From contig JBMOKY010000001.1 of the NCBI GenBank assembly GCA_049325535.1, forward strand, positions 157,002-221,001: a DNA stretch of 64,000 nt. The letters run 5' to 3'. The notes beneath the pieces were generated by a model that made no database searches, was not told the origin of the DNA, and saw only the letters and a program-made list of their open reading frames with translations. The DNA is from Patescibacteria group bacterium (GTDB lineage: Bacteria > Patescibacteriota > Patescibacteriia > UBA10025 > JAHIVO01). Both the position numbers and the translations under genes were made by a program. This document shows positions 20,919-29,436 of the stretch, one piece after another. Within the stretch, counting starts at the first letter, position 1, and each line of letters opens with the position of its first letter.

Positions 20919-22052
20919 CTATGATTCCTTTTCAGCAGGTTCGGCGGGAGTTTCTTCACGGGGTGACTCTGCTTCAGACTCGTCAGGCGAGCTTTTCAGC
21001 GCTTCATAGTCGGCATCATACTGTTCGGCCATCTCTTCCTGTTCCCGTAGGTGCCGGTCCGCCTGGCGCTTGATCAGCCAGACGCTGATCGTCCACCAGG
21101 GAAAGAAATTGACGATGGGGATGAATTCGGCGAGCGTGACTGCCATGAACCGTGCCCAGAATTTTCTGATCAGCCAGCGTTTCAGCCAGATGCCCTGATT
21201 TGCCACCACGACGAGTAGGATGCTGGTGATGACGATCTGAAGAATCGTCGATGAGAACCCCGCGTCGAATAATTCAGTGAGCAGGTCCCACAAGTCTTTG
21301 GTGATGGCCAGCGTCAGTACCAGCAGGTAAGCGGTGAAACTGCCGGTGGCGATCCGTTCCCGCAATCCTTCACCCACCCGTCCAGCGACCGCTACAGCCA
21401 GTTTTTGCTTGCCTTTGAGTTCTCCCGATTGGATGCGCTTAAGGGTTTGGGCATCAGGGTTATTGGCCAGATCGAGGTCGGGACTGTCCACCATTTTTGC
21501 CATCCGTTCCAGGGTTGAATTGTATGATTTTGATTGGCGAAGCTGGTTGATGCGCTGCTGGGCCATCTGATCGCTCCAGTTTTGTTCCCGGGCGTCAGGA
21601 CTCATCTCCGGTGATTCATCCGCCGACGCTTCTGATTGCTGCGCTGTGGTCGTCTCTGGAACGCGAACCGGGCTGCTCACTTGTGAGCGGGCAGCTTCGG
21701 CGTTTTTCTGTGTATCGTCCGTGTCGGCATCCGGCTGCTTGACGTTCTTTATGGAAAATGAAACCGAAGTACCCAGCTCGGGGATTTCCAGGGCGGGTGT
21801 AGGTTTTTTATTTTGCTCTTCCTGTTTTTTTTGCCGTTTGGCTGCATCGCCGCCTGGGTCAGGCGCGTTTTTTTCTGCCGGCTTCTCCTTGAGCTGGTCA
21901 ATCTGAATGGTGCGGCCTTTTTCCTCGCCAATTTCCGGCGGCTGTGCGGCTGGCTGTATTTTCTTTACTCGTTCGCTTTGCTCTTCTGACTGGTTGTATT
22001 TTTCGGTCTCTGTTTCAGCCATAATGTTTATATCATACCATTTTTTACGCAA
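20919..22052 (-). CDS. hypothetical membrane protein with a ~230-aa highly charged low-complexity N-terminal region and C-terminal TM helices
   Basis: N-terminal half is E/K/Q/P-rich. The C-terminus has 3-4 hydrophobic helices (YLLVLTLAI, ILQIVITSILLVVVA, FMAVTLAEFIPIVNFFPWWTISVWLI). Confidence 0.55.
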   Translation of the reverse strand: MRKKWYDINIMAETETEKYNQSEEQSERVKKIQPAAQPPEIGEEKGRTIQIDQLKEKPAEKNAPDPGGDAAKRQKKQEEQNKKPTPALEIPELGTSVSFSIKNVKQPDADTDDTQKNAEAARSQVSSPVRVPETTTAQQSEASADESPEMSPDAREQNWSDQMAQQRINQLRQSKSYNSTLERMAKMVDSPDLDLANNPDAQTLKRIQSGELKGKQKLAVAVAGRVGEGLRERIATGSFTAYLLVLTLAITKDLWDLLTELFDAGFSSTILQIVITSILLVVVANQGIWLKRWLIRKFWARFMAVTLAEFIPIVNFFPWWTISVWLIKRQADRHLREQEEMAEQYDADYEALKSSPDESEAESPREETPAEPAEKES

Positions 22053-22094
22053 ATATTCAAGTGTACGGTAATTTATAATCGAGTATGACGATGT

Positions 22095-22123
22095 TTGATT
22101 TTATCGTGAAATTATGCTATAAT
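22095..22123 (+). promoter_or_regulatory. sigma70-like promoter (TTGATT-17 nt-TATAAT) upstream of the ATP-grasp gene
   Basis: TTGATT at 22095-22100, a 17-nt spacer and TATAAT at 22118-22123, ~58 nt upstream of the start at 22181, in a divergent intergenic region. Confidence 0.45.
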
Positions 22124-22180
22124 GAAGCCACTTAGTTTTGCATTTTTAACAGTGTATAAGTAGAACTCGCGGATTATTTT

Positions 22181-23131
22181 TTGATGAAGGAATTTGTACT
22201 CCCATTTAATAAATTGGGAAGGCGGCATGTCAGCCAGGCGGGTGGAAAAGGGGCCAATCTCGGTGAATTGACTGGACAGGGTGTCCCGGTGCCCCCTGGG
22301 TTTGTGGTATTACGGAGCGCATTTGACCGATTTATCAGGGAAACCGACATCATTATCGAGATTGACAAATGGCTGCACCAAGTCAATCCGAAGGATATGA
22401 CATCGATTGATCGGGCATCGCATACGCTGCGAGATGTTTTCCGCCGCACGCCGTTTCCGAGCGATCTTGCTTCAGTCATAGAGACGGCTTATAGCCGGCT
22501 GCACGCGTCTTCCGTTGCCGTCCGGTCATCTGCTACCGCCGAGGATTCCAGTATCGCTTCATGGGCGGGCGAACTCGAGTCATTCATGTTCATCACCAAA
22601 AAAAACCTTCTGGACACCGTGAAAACGTGCTGGTCATCCCTTTTTACCCCGCGGGCGATATTTTACCGATTTGAAAAAAAACTGCACCGCACGCCCGTGT
22701 CCGTGGCGGTCGTGGTTCAAGCGATGGTCAATTCCGAAGTATCGGGCATCACCTTTACTGTTCATCCCGTGAGTAACGACCACGGGCAGATGGTCATCGA
22801 AGCAGGGTGGGGCCAGGGTGAATCGATCGTTTCTGGTGCCATCACCCCTGATACCTATATTTTTGACCGGGTGACCGGCACTATCCTGGATATCAATGTC
22901 TCGGAACAACGGCAGATGATCGTGCGTGGGCGCAGCGGAACAGGAACAAAAAAAGTCTCTGTGCCAAAAAAACAGAAGGTACGCCAAAAGCTTACTGGTG
23001 CTCAAATCACGCATCTGGCCGCACTGTGTCAGAAGATTGAAAAACACTACGGCGCCCCGCAGGATATCGAATGGGTGCTGATAAAAAATAAATTTTACAT
23101 CGTCCAAACGCGTCCGATAACGACGCTGTAG
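22181..23131 (+). CDS. PPDK_N / PEP-synthase-type ATP-grasp nucleotide-binding domain protein, stand-alone (316 aa)
   Basis: LGRRHVSQAGGKGANLGEL...GVPVPPGFVV matches the N-terminal PEP/pyruvate-binding ATP-grasp domain of PEP synthase, PPDK and rifampin phosphotransferase. No swivel-His or substrate domain lies in the same ORF. Confidence 0.8.
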   Translation: MMKEFVLPFNKLGRRHVSQAGGKGANLGELTGQGVPVPPGFVVLRSAFDRFIRETDIIIEIDKWLHQVNPKDMTSIDRASHTLRDVFRRTPFPSDLASVIETAYSRLHASSVAVRSSATAEDSSIASWAGELESFMFITKKNLLDTVKTCWSSLFTPRAIFYRFEKKLHRTPVSVAVVVQAMVNSEVSGITFTVHPVSNDHGQMVIEAGWGQGESIVSGAITPDTYIFDRVTGTILDINVSEQRQMIVRGRSGTGTKKVSVPKKQKVRQKLTGAQITHLAALCQKIEKHYGAPQDIEWVLIKNKFYIVQTRPITTL

Positions 23132-23139
23132 GAAACTCC

Positions 23140-24510
23140 ATGCCACACACGCAATCAAACGACGAATGGCAAGACGGCTTCTTGGTCAAGGATCCAAGCG
23201 GCAGTTTTCGCAAAGTTACTGGAATGGATTTTATTGATGCCGATGCACCAATCCCGACAGTTGCTCCCGCCGCACCCCGGCCTGCTACTCCGCCACCGCC
23301 CCCTCGACCTGCCGCACCGGTATCAGCCCCGCGAAAGACTCCGCCGCCACCACCAACTCGAATGACTCCGGTGGCGCCGATTATGCCTCCTGCCCCACTC
23401 CAACCCCAGAAGCCAATCGCTGAGATGGGCATGGCTCCTTCGCCATTTATGGATCACGAAGACGCTGAAGAGATTAAACAGCATACGGCTGAACTACAGC
23501 AGATGGTGGCTCAGCCCGGACTGGACGTTTCGGTTACTATCAATGCCATCATCGAGCGGATTTTACGTGAGTATCGCCTGACCTTCGATACTGATGTGAT
23601 GCTGAAACGGTTTATCAAAGTCGTTGAGTCGCGATTTCGCGAGATTCGAAATTCACTGGAGACGGCCGATGTACTGCAGCGTCCGGAAAAAATCGGCGGA
23701 CTTGGGCTGCCGAGGGAAACCGTGCAGCAGATCATGGCTACGGTTGACGCTGAGATTGACGGATTGCATATGAAGAAAAGGTTGCCCGCTGTCCCGGCGC
23801 CCAAACCCAAAGCGCCATCCGCACGGGCCGTATCTACGGCTCCGCAGTCGCTGTACGCCGCGCCACCTCCGGCTTTTGTCCCTCGTCCCGGCGGCGCCGC
23901 ACCGAAACCGTCACCGACGGCACCACAACCATCGGCGATACAGCAAACATCAGATTTGGCCAAAGAAATAAAAGAGGAATTAACCCGGATTCCGCAGAAG
24001 CCCGCGGTGATTCCACCGGCACCTCCGGTTCCGCCGCCGGCACCAGCACCGAGCATATCTCCGGCCGCAGCGCCTGCCGCGAGCGAACCGCATGAACTGT
24101 ATGGTCAATCCCAGGGGGATATGCCGCGCATCCGTCCGGTGCAGCCAAATAAACCATACATGATTGACATCAAACAGCCGAGCGCAGTGGTCGGTCCGGT
24201 GGATGAGATACGGCAGATTGACCTGAAAGAATTTCGTCGTATGGGTACCAATCCCGGGGATTCGGCAGATCGGGTGTATGAAAAAATCGAACTATTGGAA
24301 GAAGAGTCCTGGGATATGCGCATGCAGGGTGTCCGAGCTTGGCGTCAGTCGCCATTATTTACCCTCTATGTGACTATCGGCCGGGCCAGCATGGAATCCG
24401 GCAATCCAGTCGACAGCGTCATCAGCAAACGCCAGCAGGCTGGTGAGCCGACGCTGCTTCCGGAGGAGTTTATGGCCGTCAACGCCTTAAATGCGAAATT
24501 AACCGTTTAG
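23140..24510 (+). CDS. hypothetical proline-rich protein (456 aa)
   Basis: Several PAxP/PPPP tracts and no TM segment. It sits immediately upstream of the T4SS-like genes. Confidence 0.55.
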   Translation: MPHTQSNDEWQDGFLVKDPSGSFRKVTGMDFIDADAPIPTVAPAAPRPATPPPPPRPAAPVSAPRKTPPPPPTRMTPVAPIMPPAPLQPQKPIAEMGMAPSPFMDHEDAEEIKQHTAELQQMVAQPGLDVSVTINAIIERILREYRLTFDTDVMLKRFIKVVESRFREIRNSLETADVLQRPEKIGGLGLPRETVQQIMATVDAEIDGLHMKKRLPAVPAPKPKAPSARAVSTAPQSLYAAPPPAFVPRPGGAAPKPSPTAPQPSAIQQTSDLAKEIKEELTRIPQKPAVIPPAPPVPPPAPAPSISPAAAPAASEPHELYGQSQGDMPRIRPVQPNKPYMIDIKQPSAVVGPVDEIRQIDLKEFRRMGTNPGDSADRVYEKIELLEEESWDMRMQGVRAWRQSPLFTLYVTIGRASMESGNPVDSVISKRQQAGEPTLLPEEFMAVNALNAKLTV

Positions 24511-24511
24511 T

Positions 24512-24943
24512 ATGCAACAGTTTATCGTTCCGCAATTTCTCGATGTCGAAAGCAAGATTATCGGACCCCTCACTGTCCGGCAGTTCATCACTTTTTTGAT
24601 CGGCGCGGGGATGATTTTCCTCGTTTTCAAACTGGCAACTTTTTGGGCGGCGGCTATCGAGGGTGTGCTGATTTTCGCTTTGACCGGCGTCTTTGCCTTT
24701 GCCAAGATCAATGGCCGGCCCTTCCACCATTTCTTGCTGAATCTGCTGCAGACGGTGCGCCGACCAACCTTGACCGTCTGGCACAAAAACTATGAACTGA
24801 GCAAAGTAAAAGAGGAAAAAGAAAAACAACCACCCGCCCGTCCACACAAAAAACAGCGACTGACCGAATCCCGACTAACCGAACTGTCGCTGGTAGTCGA
24901 TACGGGCGGCGCGTATCAGGAAGGCCTCGACGAGCTCAAATAA
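24512..24943 (+). CDS. PrgI/VirB3-like small T4SS membrane protein (candidate)
   Basis: 143 aa. N-terminal VPQFLDVESKIIGPLTVRQFITFLIGAG is followed by two hydrophobic helices. It lies directly upstream of the VirB4 homolog, as in Gram-positive-type T4SS. Confidence 0.45.
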   Translation: MQQFIVPQFLDVESKIIGPLTVRQFITFLIGAGMIFLVFKLATFWAAAIEGVLIFALTGVFAFAKINGRPFHHFLLNLLQTVRRPTLTVWHKNYELSKVKEEKEKQPPARPHKKQRLTESRLTELSLVVDTGGAYQEGLDELK

Positions 24944-24953
24944 AATATTCTCT

Positions 24954-25631
24954 ATGGCTACGGAATCTACTACAAAAACAGCTACCACTCCTTCCACCCA
25001 GCAGTACATGAATATCCTGGAGGTGAAGGATAATACGGTTATCCTCAAGGATGGAACGCTCCGAGCGGTCATTTTGGTATCGTCTATCAATTTCGCCCTG
25101 AAGTCGGAAGATGAACAAAATGCCGTCATGCAGGGATACGTTCAATTCCTCAATTCCATAGAGTTCCCTTTACAGATATTGATTCAGTCGCGGAAGCTCA
25201 ATATTGACGATTATCTTGAGCGACTGAAAGCCGTCGAGAAGGAGCAGACCAATGAGCTGCTGAAAATCCAGACGCGTGAGTATCGTCAGTACATCCAGGA
25301 ATTGGTTTCCCTGGCTGACATCATGAGCAAACGGTTTTATATCGTAGTGCCTTTTTCCGGCGGCACTATCAAGTCAAAAGGTTTTTTTACCCGGTTCAAG
25401 GAAGTGCTGACCCCGACAAATATCATCACCATCAAACAAAAGAAATTTGAAAAAAACCGCATCGAGCTGGCCAAGCGGATGGAGTATATCATTGATGGGC
25501 TGAGTTCAATCGGATTGAAGGCGGTCCAGCTCGACACGCAGAGTTTGATCGAGCTGTATTACAATACCTATAATCCGGATACGTACGACCAGCAGCCGCT
25601 CGTCGACGTGAGTAAACTCAATGTCGAATAA
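24954..25631 (+). CDS. VirB4/TrbE-family ATPase, N-terminal domain fragment (225 aa)
   Basis: YMNILEVKDNTVILKDGTLRAVILVSSINFALKSEDEQ is typical of VirB4 N-termini. It ends 2 nt before the start of the ATPase ORF, in a different frame. Confidence 0.55.
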   Translation: MATESTTKTATTPSTQQYMNILEVKDNTVILKDGTLRAVILVSSINFALKSEDEQNAVMQGYVQFLNSIEFPLQILIQSRKLNIDDYLERLKAVEKEQTNELLKIQTREYRQYIQELVSLADIMSKRFYIVVPFSGGTIKSKGFFTRFKEVLTPTNIITIKQKKFEKNRIELAKRMEYIIDGLSSIGLKAVQLDTQSLIELYYNTYNPDTYDQQPLVDVSKLNVE

Positions 25632-25633
25632 CT

Positions 25634-27550
25634 ATGGTTGAACTGTACCGCGCCACCCAGTCGGTTCCGACTGAGACTCCGCCCGAGCTGAGTCAGCAGG
25701 AAAAGGAACAGCTGGCCCGCGAACAACTCGAGGAAAAAAAGGAACTGCTCCAATCGGAGAAGATATATCGCCGTGGCGTGATGACGGTCAGGGATCTGAT
25801 CGCGCCCGCGTCCATGAAGATCGAATCTCGTTACCTCGAGCTTGGATCGCAGTATGTACGGACGGTATTTGTCGTGGCCTACCCTCGGTATATCCGCGTG
25901 GGGTGGTTCGCGCCGGTGATCAATCTGAATGTACCACTGGACATTTCCATGTATTTTTATCCAGTCAATTCGGAAATCATTCTGAAGCAGCTCCGGAATA
26001 AAGTCGGTGCGCTGGAGGCGCAAATACTGGCTGATGCGGAAAAGGGCGCCCCGCGTGATCCGATCCGCGAAACGGCGCTGCGGGACATCGAAAAACTCCG
26101 CGACGACCTGACCCAGGGCATCGAGCGTTTTTTCCAATTCGCCCTGTATGTGACCATGTACGCCAATACGAAGGAAGACTTGGACAAAATGACGGAAAAA
26201 GTGGAATCGCTCTTCGGATCGAGATTAGTCTATACCAAACGCGTGCTCTATCAGGCGGAACAGGGATTTATGTCGACCCTGCCCCTCTCGACGGATGAGC
26301 TGAATATCACGTTTAATATGGCCAGTTCGCCGGTCGCGTCATCATTTCCGTTTATTTCATCGGAATTGACCTCGGATAATGGTATTCTCTATGGCATCAA
26401 CCGGCATAATAATAGCCTGGTGCTGTTTGACCGGTTTTCCTTGCAAAATGCGAATTCTGTGGTGTTCGCCACCTCGGGTGCCGGTAAAAGTTACGCCGTC
26501 AAACTGGAGATTTTGCGGAGTATGATGCTGGGCACTGACGTCATCGTCATCGACCCGGAAATGGAATACAAATATTTGTCCGATGCCGTGGGCGGTACCT
26601 ATATCAATATTTCCCTGAGCTCGGACAGCAAGATCAATCCTTTTGATTTGCCCCGACCCACCCGTCGTGATGAAAAAGTTTCGGATATCATCCGTTCGGC
26701 GGTCATCACTCTGAAGGGCCTGCTGCGGCTGATGCTGGGGCAGTTTACCCATGAAGAGGATTCTATCATTGACCGTGCCCTGATCGAGACGTATGCCAAA
26801 AAAGACATCACCGCCGACGCTGATCTGACGCGCGTCGAGCCACCGCTGTTTAAGGATTTTGAGGAAGTGCTGGAGGGCATGGTCGGTGCCGATGAACTGG
26901 TCACTCGACTGAAAAAATATACCGAGGGCACCTTTGCCGGACTGCTGAATAATCCTACGAATGTGGAGATGAAAAATCAGCTGGTGGTATTTTCCGTGCG
27001 CGATCTGGAGGATGAGCTGAAACCGATCGGTATCCAGGTGATCGTGTCATATATCTGGAACACGGTCCGCTCGCAACTGAAGAAGCGTCTGATGGTCATC
27101 GACGAAGCCTGGTGGCTGATGCAGCAGGAAGATTCAGCCAAATTCATATTTGCCCTGGTGAAGCGGTGCCGTAAATACTACCTGGGAGTGACGACGATTA
27201 CCCAGGACGTGAACGACTTCCTGCGCTCGCCCTACGGCCAGGCCATCGTCACAAATTCGGCTATCCAGCTGCTGATGAAGCAGTCGCCGGCGGCTATCGA
27301 TCTGATTGCCAAGACGTTTCTGCTGACCGAAGGCGAAAAATACCTGCTGCTGGAGTGTGGCGTCGGTGAGGGAATATTTTTCGCCGGGTCCAAACATGCC
27401 GCCATCAAAGTCGTCGCCTCATACACCGAGGATCAGATCATCACTTCCGATCCGCGCCAGCTGCTGGAAATCGAGCAGGCAAAAAAAGAGTTTATCGAAT
27501 CCCAGAAAGAAGCGGCAACCGAAGCTGCTGAAGCCGCCTTTACGGGTTAA
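25634..27550 (+). CDS. VirB4/TrbE/PrgJ-family T4SS ATPase (C-terminal ATPase portion, 638 aa)
   Basis: Walker A SVVFATSGAGKSYAVK and Walker B MVIDEAWWLMQQ. Combined with the upstream fragment it is 863 aa, which is full VirB4 length. Confidence 0.8.
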   Translation: MVELYRATQSVPTETPPELSQQEKEQLAREQLEEKKELLQSEKIYRRGVMTVRDLIAPASMKIESRYLELGSQYVRTVFVVAYPRYIRVGWFAPVINLNVPLDISMYFYPVNSEIILKQLRNKVGALEAQILADAEKGAPRDPIRETALRDIEKLRDDLTQGIERFFQFALYVTMYANTKEDLDKMTEKVESLFGSRLVYTKRVLYQAEQGFMSTLPLSTDELNITFNMASSPVASSFPFISSELTSDNGILYGINRHNNSLVLFDRFSLQNANSVVFATSGAGKSYAVKLEILRSMMLGTDVIVIDPEMEYKYLSDAVGGTYINISLSSDSKINPFDLPRPTRRDEKVSDIIRSAVITLKGLLRLMLGQFTHEEDSIIDRALIETYAKKDITADADLTRVEPPLFKDFEEVLEGMVGADELVTRLKKYTEGTFAGLLNNPTNVEMKNQLVVFSVRDLEDELKPIGIQVIVSYIWNTVRSQLKKRLMVIDEAWWLMQQEDSAKFIFALVKRCRKYYLGVTTITQDVNDFLRSPYGQAIVTNSAIQLLMKQSPAAIDLIAKTFLLTEGEKYLLLECGVGEGIFFAGSKHAAIKVVASYTEDQIITSDPRQLLEIEQAKKEFIESQKEAATEAAEAAFTG

Positions 27551-27561
27551 TCACCATACCT

Positions 27562-28236
27562 ATGGCTCAATTTAATCTCGACCGACGTCAGATGCTGTAT
27601 ATAGCCGGATTGCTCCTGCTCCTTGTGGCGGTGGGTTTCGGCATATGGTTTTTGTATTTCCGCTCGACTGACGAGCCGACAAATACCAATCAGACCCCGG
27701 CGACCAATGCGCCGGTGGAAACCGTCAATGCCACTATCCCCACCACAAACGTCAATACTGCGGCACCGGCGCCTGAGTCGGTGGAGCTGACCCGGGTGTC
27801 CAATCTTTTTGCCGAACGGTTTGGCAGCTACACGTCCGTATCCGGATTTGAAAATATGATCAATCTGAAGCCCTACATGACCCTCAAAATGCAGCAAACC
27901 GCCGATGATTTCATCAAACGCCAGCCGGCGGTAACGGCCGAAACCCCCTATACTGAGGTGGTCACCAAGGTGGTTTCCACATCCATCACCGATCAGAATT
28001 CCAGCCAGGCTACGGTGCGTCTGAGCACCCAGCGCGTGGAGTCAGGAGACGAAATGGAACAGAATACCGTGTACTATCAGGATATCATCCTCACGCTGCA
28101 GCGGGCCGATGATATCTGGCTGGTCGATACAGCTACGTGGCAGGATGTGGGCGTGACAGCTCCTGATGACACCCCGCTGGATTCAAATGTAAATACCGAC
28201 GATATCCTCGATGATATCGTCAATGGCGAACAATAG
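27562..28236 (+). CDS. bitopic membrane protein, VirB8/PrgL-like candidate
   Basis: 224 aa with a single N-terminal TM (YIAGLLLLLVAVGFGIWFLYF) and a periplasmic/extracellular domain. Position next to VirB4 is the main support. Confidence 0.3.
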   Translation: MAQFNLDRRQMLYIAGLLLLLVAVGFGIWFLYFRSTDEPTNTNQTPATNAPVETVNATIPTTNVNTAAPAPESVELTRVSNLFAERFGSYTSVSGFENMINLKPYMTLKMQQTADDFIKRQPAVTAETPYTEVVTKVVSTSITDQNSSQATVRLSTQRVESGDEMEQNTVYYQDIILTLQRADDIWLVDTATWQDVGVTAPDDTPLDSNVNTDDILDDIVNGEQ

Positions 28237-28264
28237 CCCTCAGATTTTTTTAGCGATACGATCC

Positions 28265-29365
28265 ATGCGTAGCACGAAAAAATTCTTTGCCATCGGTGTC
28301 CTGGCAGCGCTCCTGCTGCCGCTGGTGGTTTTTGCGCAGACGTCGCCCAATGTCACCAATGACCCGTGCAAGATAGATGATTTTACTAAAGCCATCCGGC
28401 TGCAGATAGAGATCCCGGGCGTGACACAGACACCGGGAGTGCCGTTTGTGGACGGGCACTATGTGAAAAATTTAGGGTGCTACATCGTCGGTATCTACCG
28501 GTATTTCGTCGGGGTGGCCGGGATCCTGGCGACGGTATTTATCATGTATGGCGGTGTCCGCTATATCATTTCATTTGGCAATCCCGGATCGCTCCAGAGT
28601 GCCAAGGAAACCATCGAGAGTGCGCTGGTCGGACTGCTCATCGCCATCAGTTCCTATATGATTTTGTATTTTATCAATCCCAATCTGACGCGGTTTGATC
28701 TGGTCAATGTGACCGGTATCGCCAAATACGAAGATACCTGGTGTGAAGACCGCGAGCGGCCGGTGACGCCAGTCCAGGAGGGCGCGGTTAATTGCGGTAA
28801 TGTCGGCACTGAACAGGTGGAGGAGGGCACCGTGGCCAGCGCTGAATCAATAAAGTGCTTCTATCATGGTACTGATTGCTCCGATGTCGGGGAAACGTGC
28901 GTGCCTATTTCGGGCAGTGGGGCAGATCAAACATTTGAATGTCGGCTCATCTACGGCGATCAAACCTTATGCAAGGAAAAAGATCGTATCACTACCTGCG
29001 GTTTCCTGTGGCATGCGGGTGAAGCGGATCAGTGTGTCGGGCTTTCCTGTGGCGAAAATCGAGTCTGTGTTGGTGTTTTAGAAAATTCCAAGGCGACTCT
29101 CGAATGCGTTCAGTCCTGGCCAATCCTGTACCCCGTAGATAATAAGATGTACAATGCCGTGGTCGATGACTCGCTGGGCTGTGGTTATATCCGGTATGAT
29201 GACAGTTTTGGTTCGGTTACCAATCTAAAGATTGGCAGTGAATGTGAAGATAGGAAATCATGCGTAATTATGCCTCAAACTAGATATAATTTTTATGGCC
29301 CCACTGATTTGCGACCTCCTGATGCGACAATCGTTGGGGCATTTGTTAGTTTTGATTGCCAGTAA
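28265..29365 (+). CDS. secreted Cys-rich protein with a twin-helix hydrophobic module (VirB2/TrbC pilin-like or membrane hairpin)
   Basis: Signal peptide MRSTKKFFAIGVLAALLLPLVVFAQ. Module GVAGILATVFIMYGGVRYIISFGNPGSLQSAKETIESALVGLLIAISSYMILYFINPNL, then a ~220-aa Cys-rich C-terminal domain. The ORF track's longer frame starts at 28211. Confidence 0.65.
   Translation: MRSTKKFFAIGVLAALLLPLVVFAQTSPNVTNDPCKIDDFTKAIRLQIEIPGVTQTPGVPFVDGHYVKNLGCYIVGIYRYFVGVAGILATVFIMYGGVRYIISFGNPGSLQSAKETIESALVGLLIAISSYMILYFINPNLTRFDLVNVTGIAKYEDTWCEDRERPVTPVQEGAVNCGNVGTEQVEEGTVASAESIKCFYHGTDCSDVGETCVPISGSGADQTFECRLIYGDQTLCKEKDRITTCGFLWHAGEADQCVGLSCGENRVCVGVLENSKATLECVQSWPILYPVDNKMYNAVVDDSLGCGYIRYDDSFGSVTNLKIGSECEDRKSCVIMPQTRYNFYGPTDLRPPDATIVGAFVSFDCQ
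28517..28690 (+). repeat. copy A of a duplicated twin-helix module (nucleotide level)
   Basis: Identical to 31272-31336 at ~63 of 65 nt (atcctggcgacggtatttatcatgta[t/c]ggcggtgtccgctatatcat[t/c]tcatttggcaatc), plus the downstream shared ggactgctcatcgcc. Confidence 0.7.
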
Positions 29366-29436
29366 TTGACAGGCAAATACGGGGCTATCTGAATTTTTGT
29401 CTCATTAATCCATGTTCTGAATTCTTATAAAACAAT

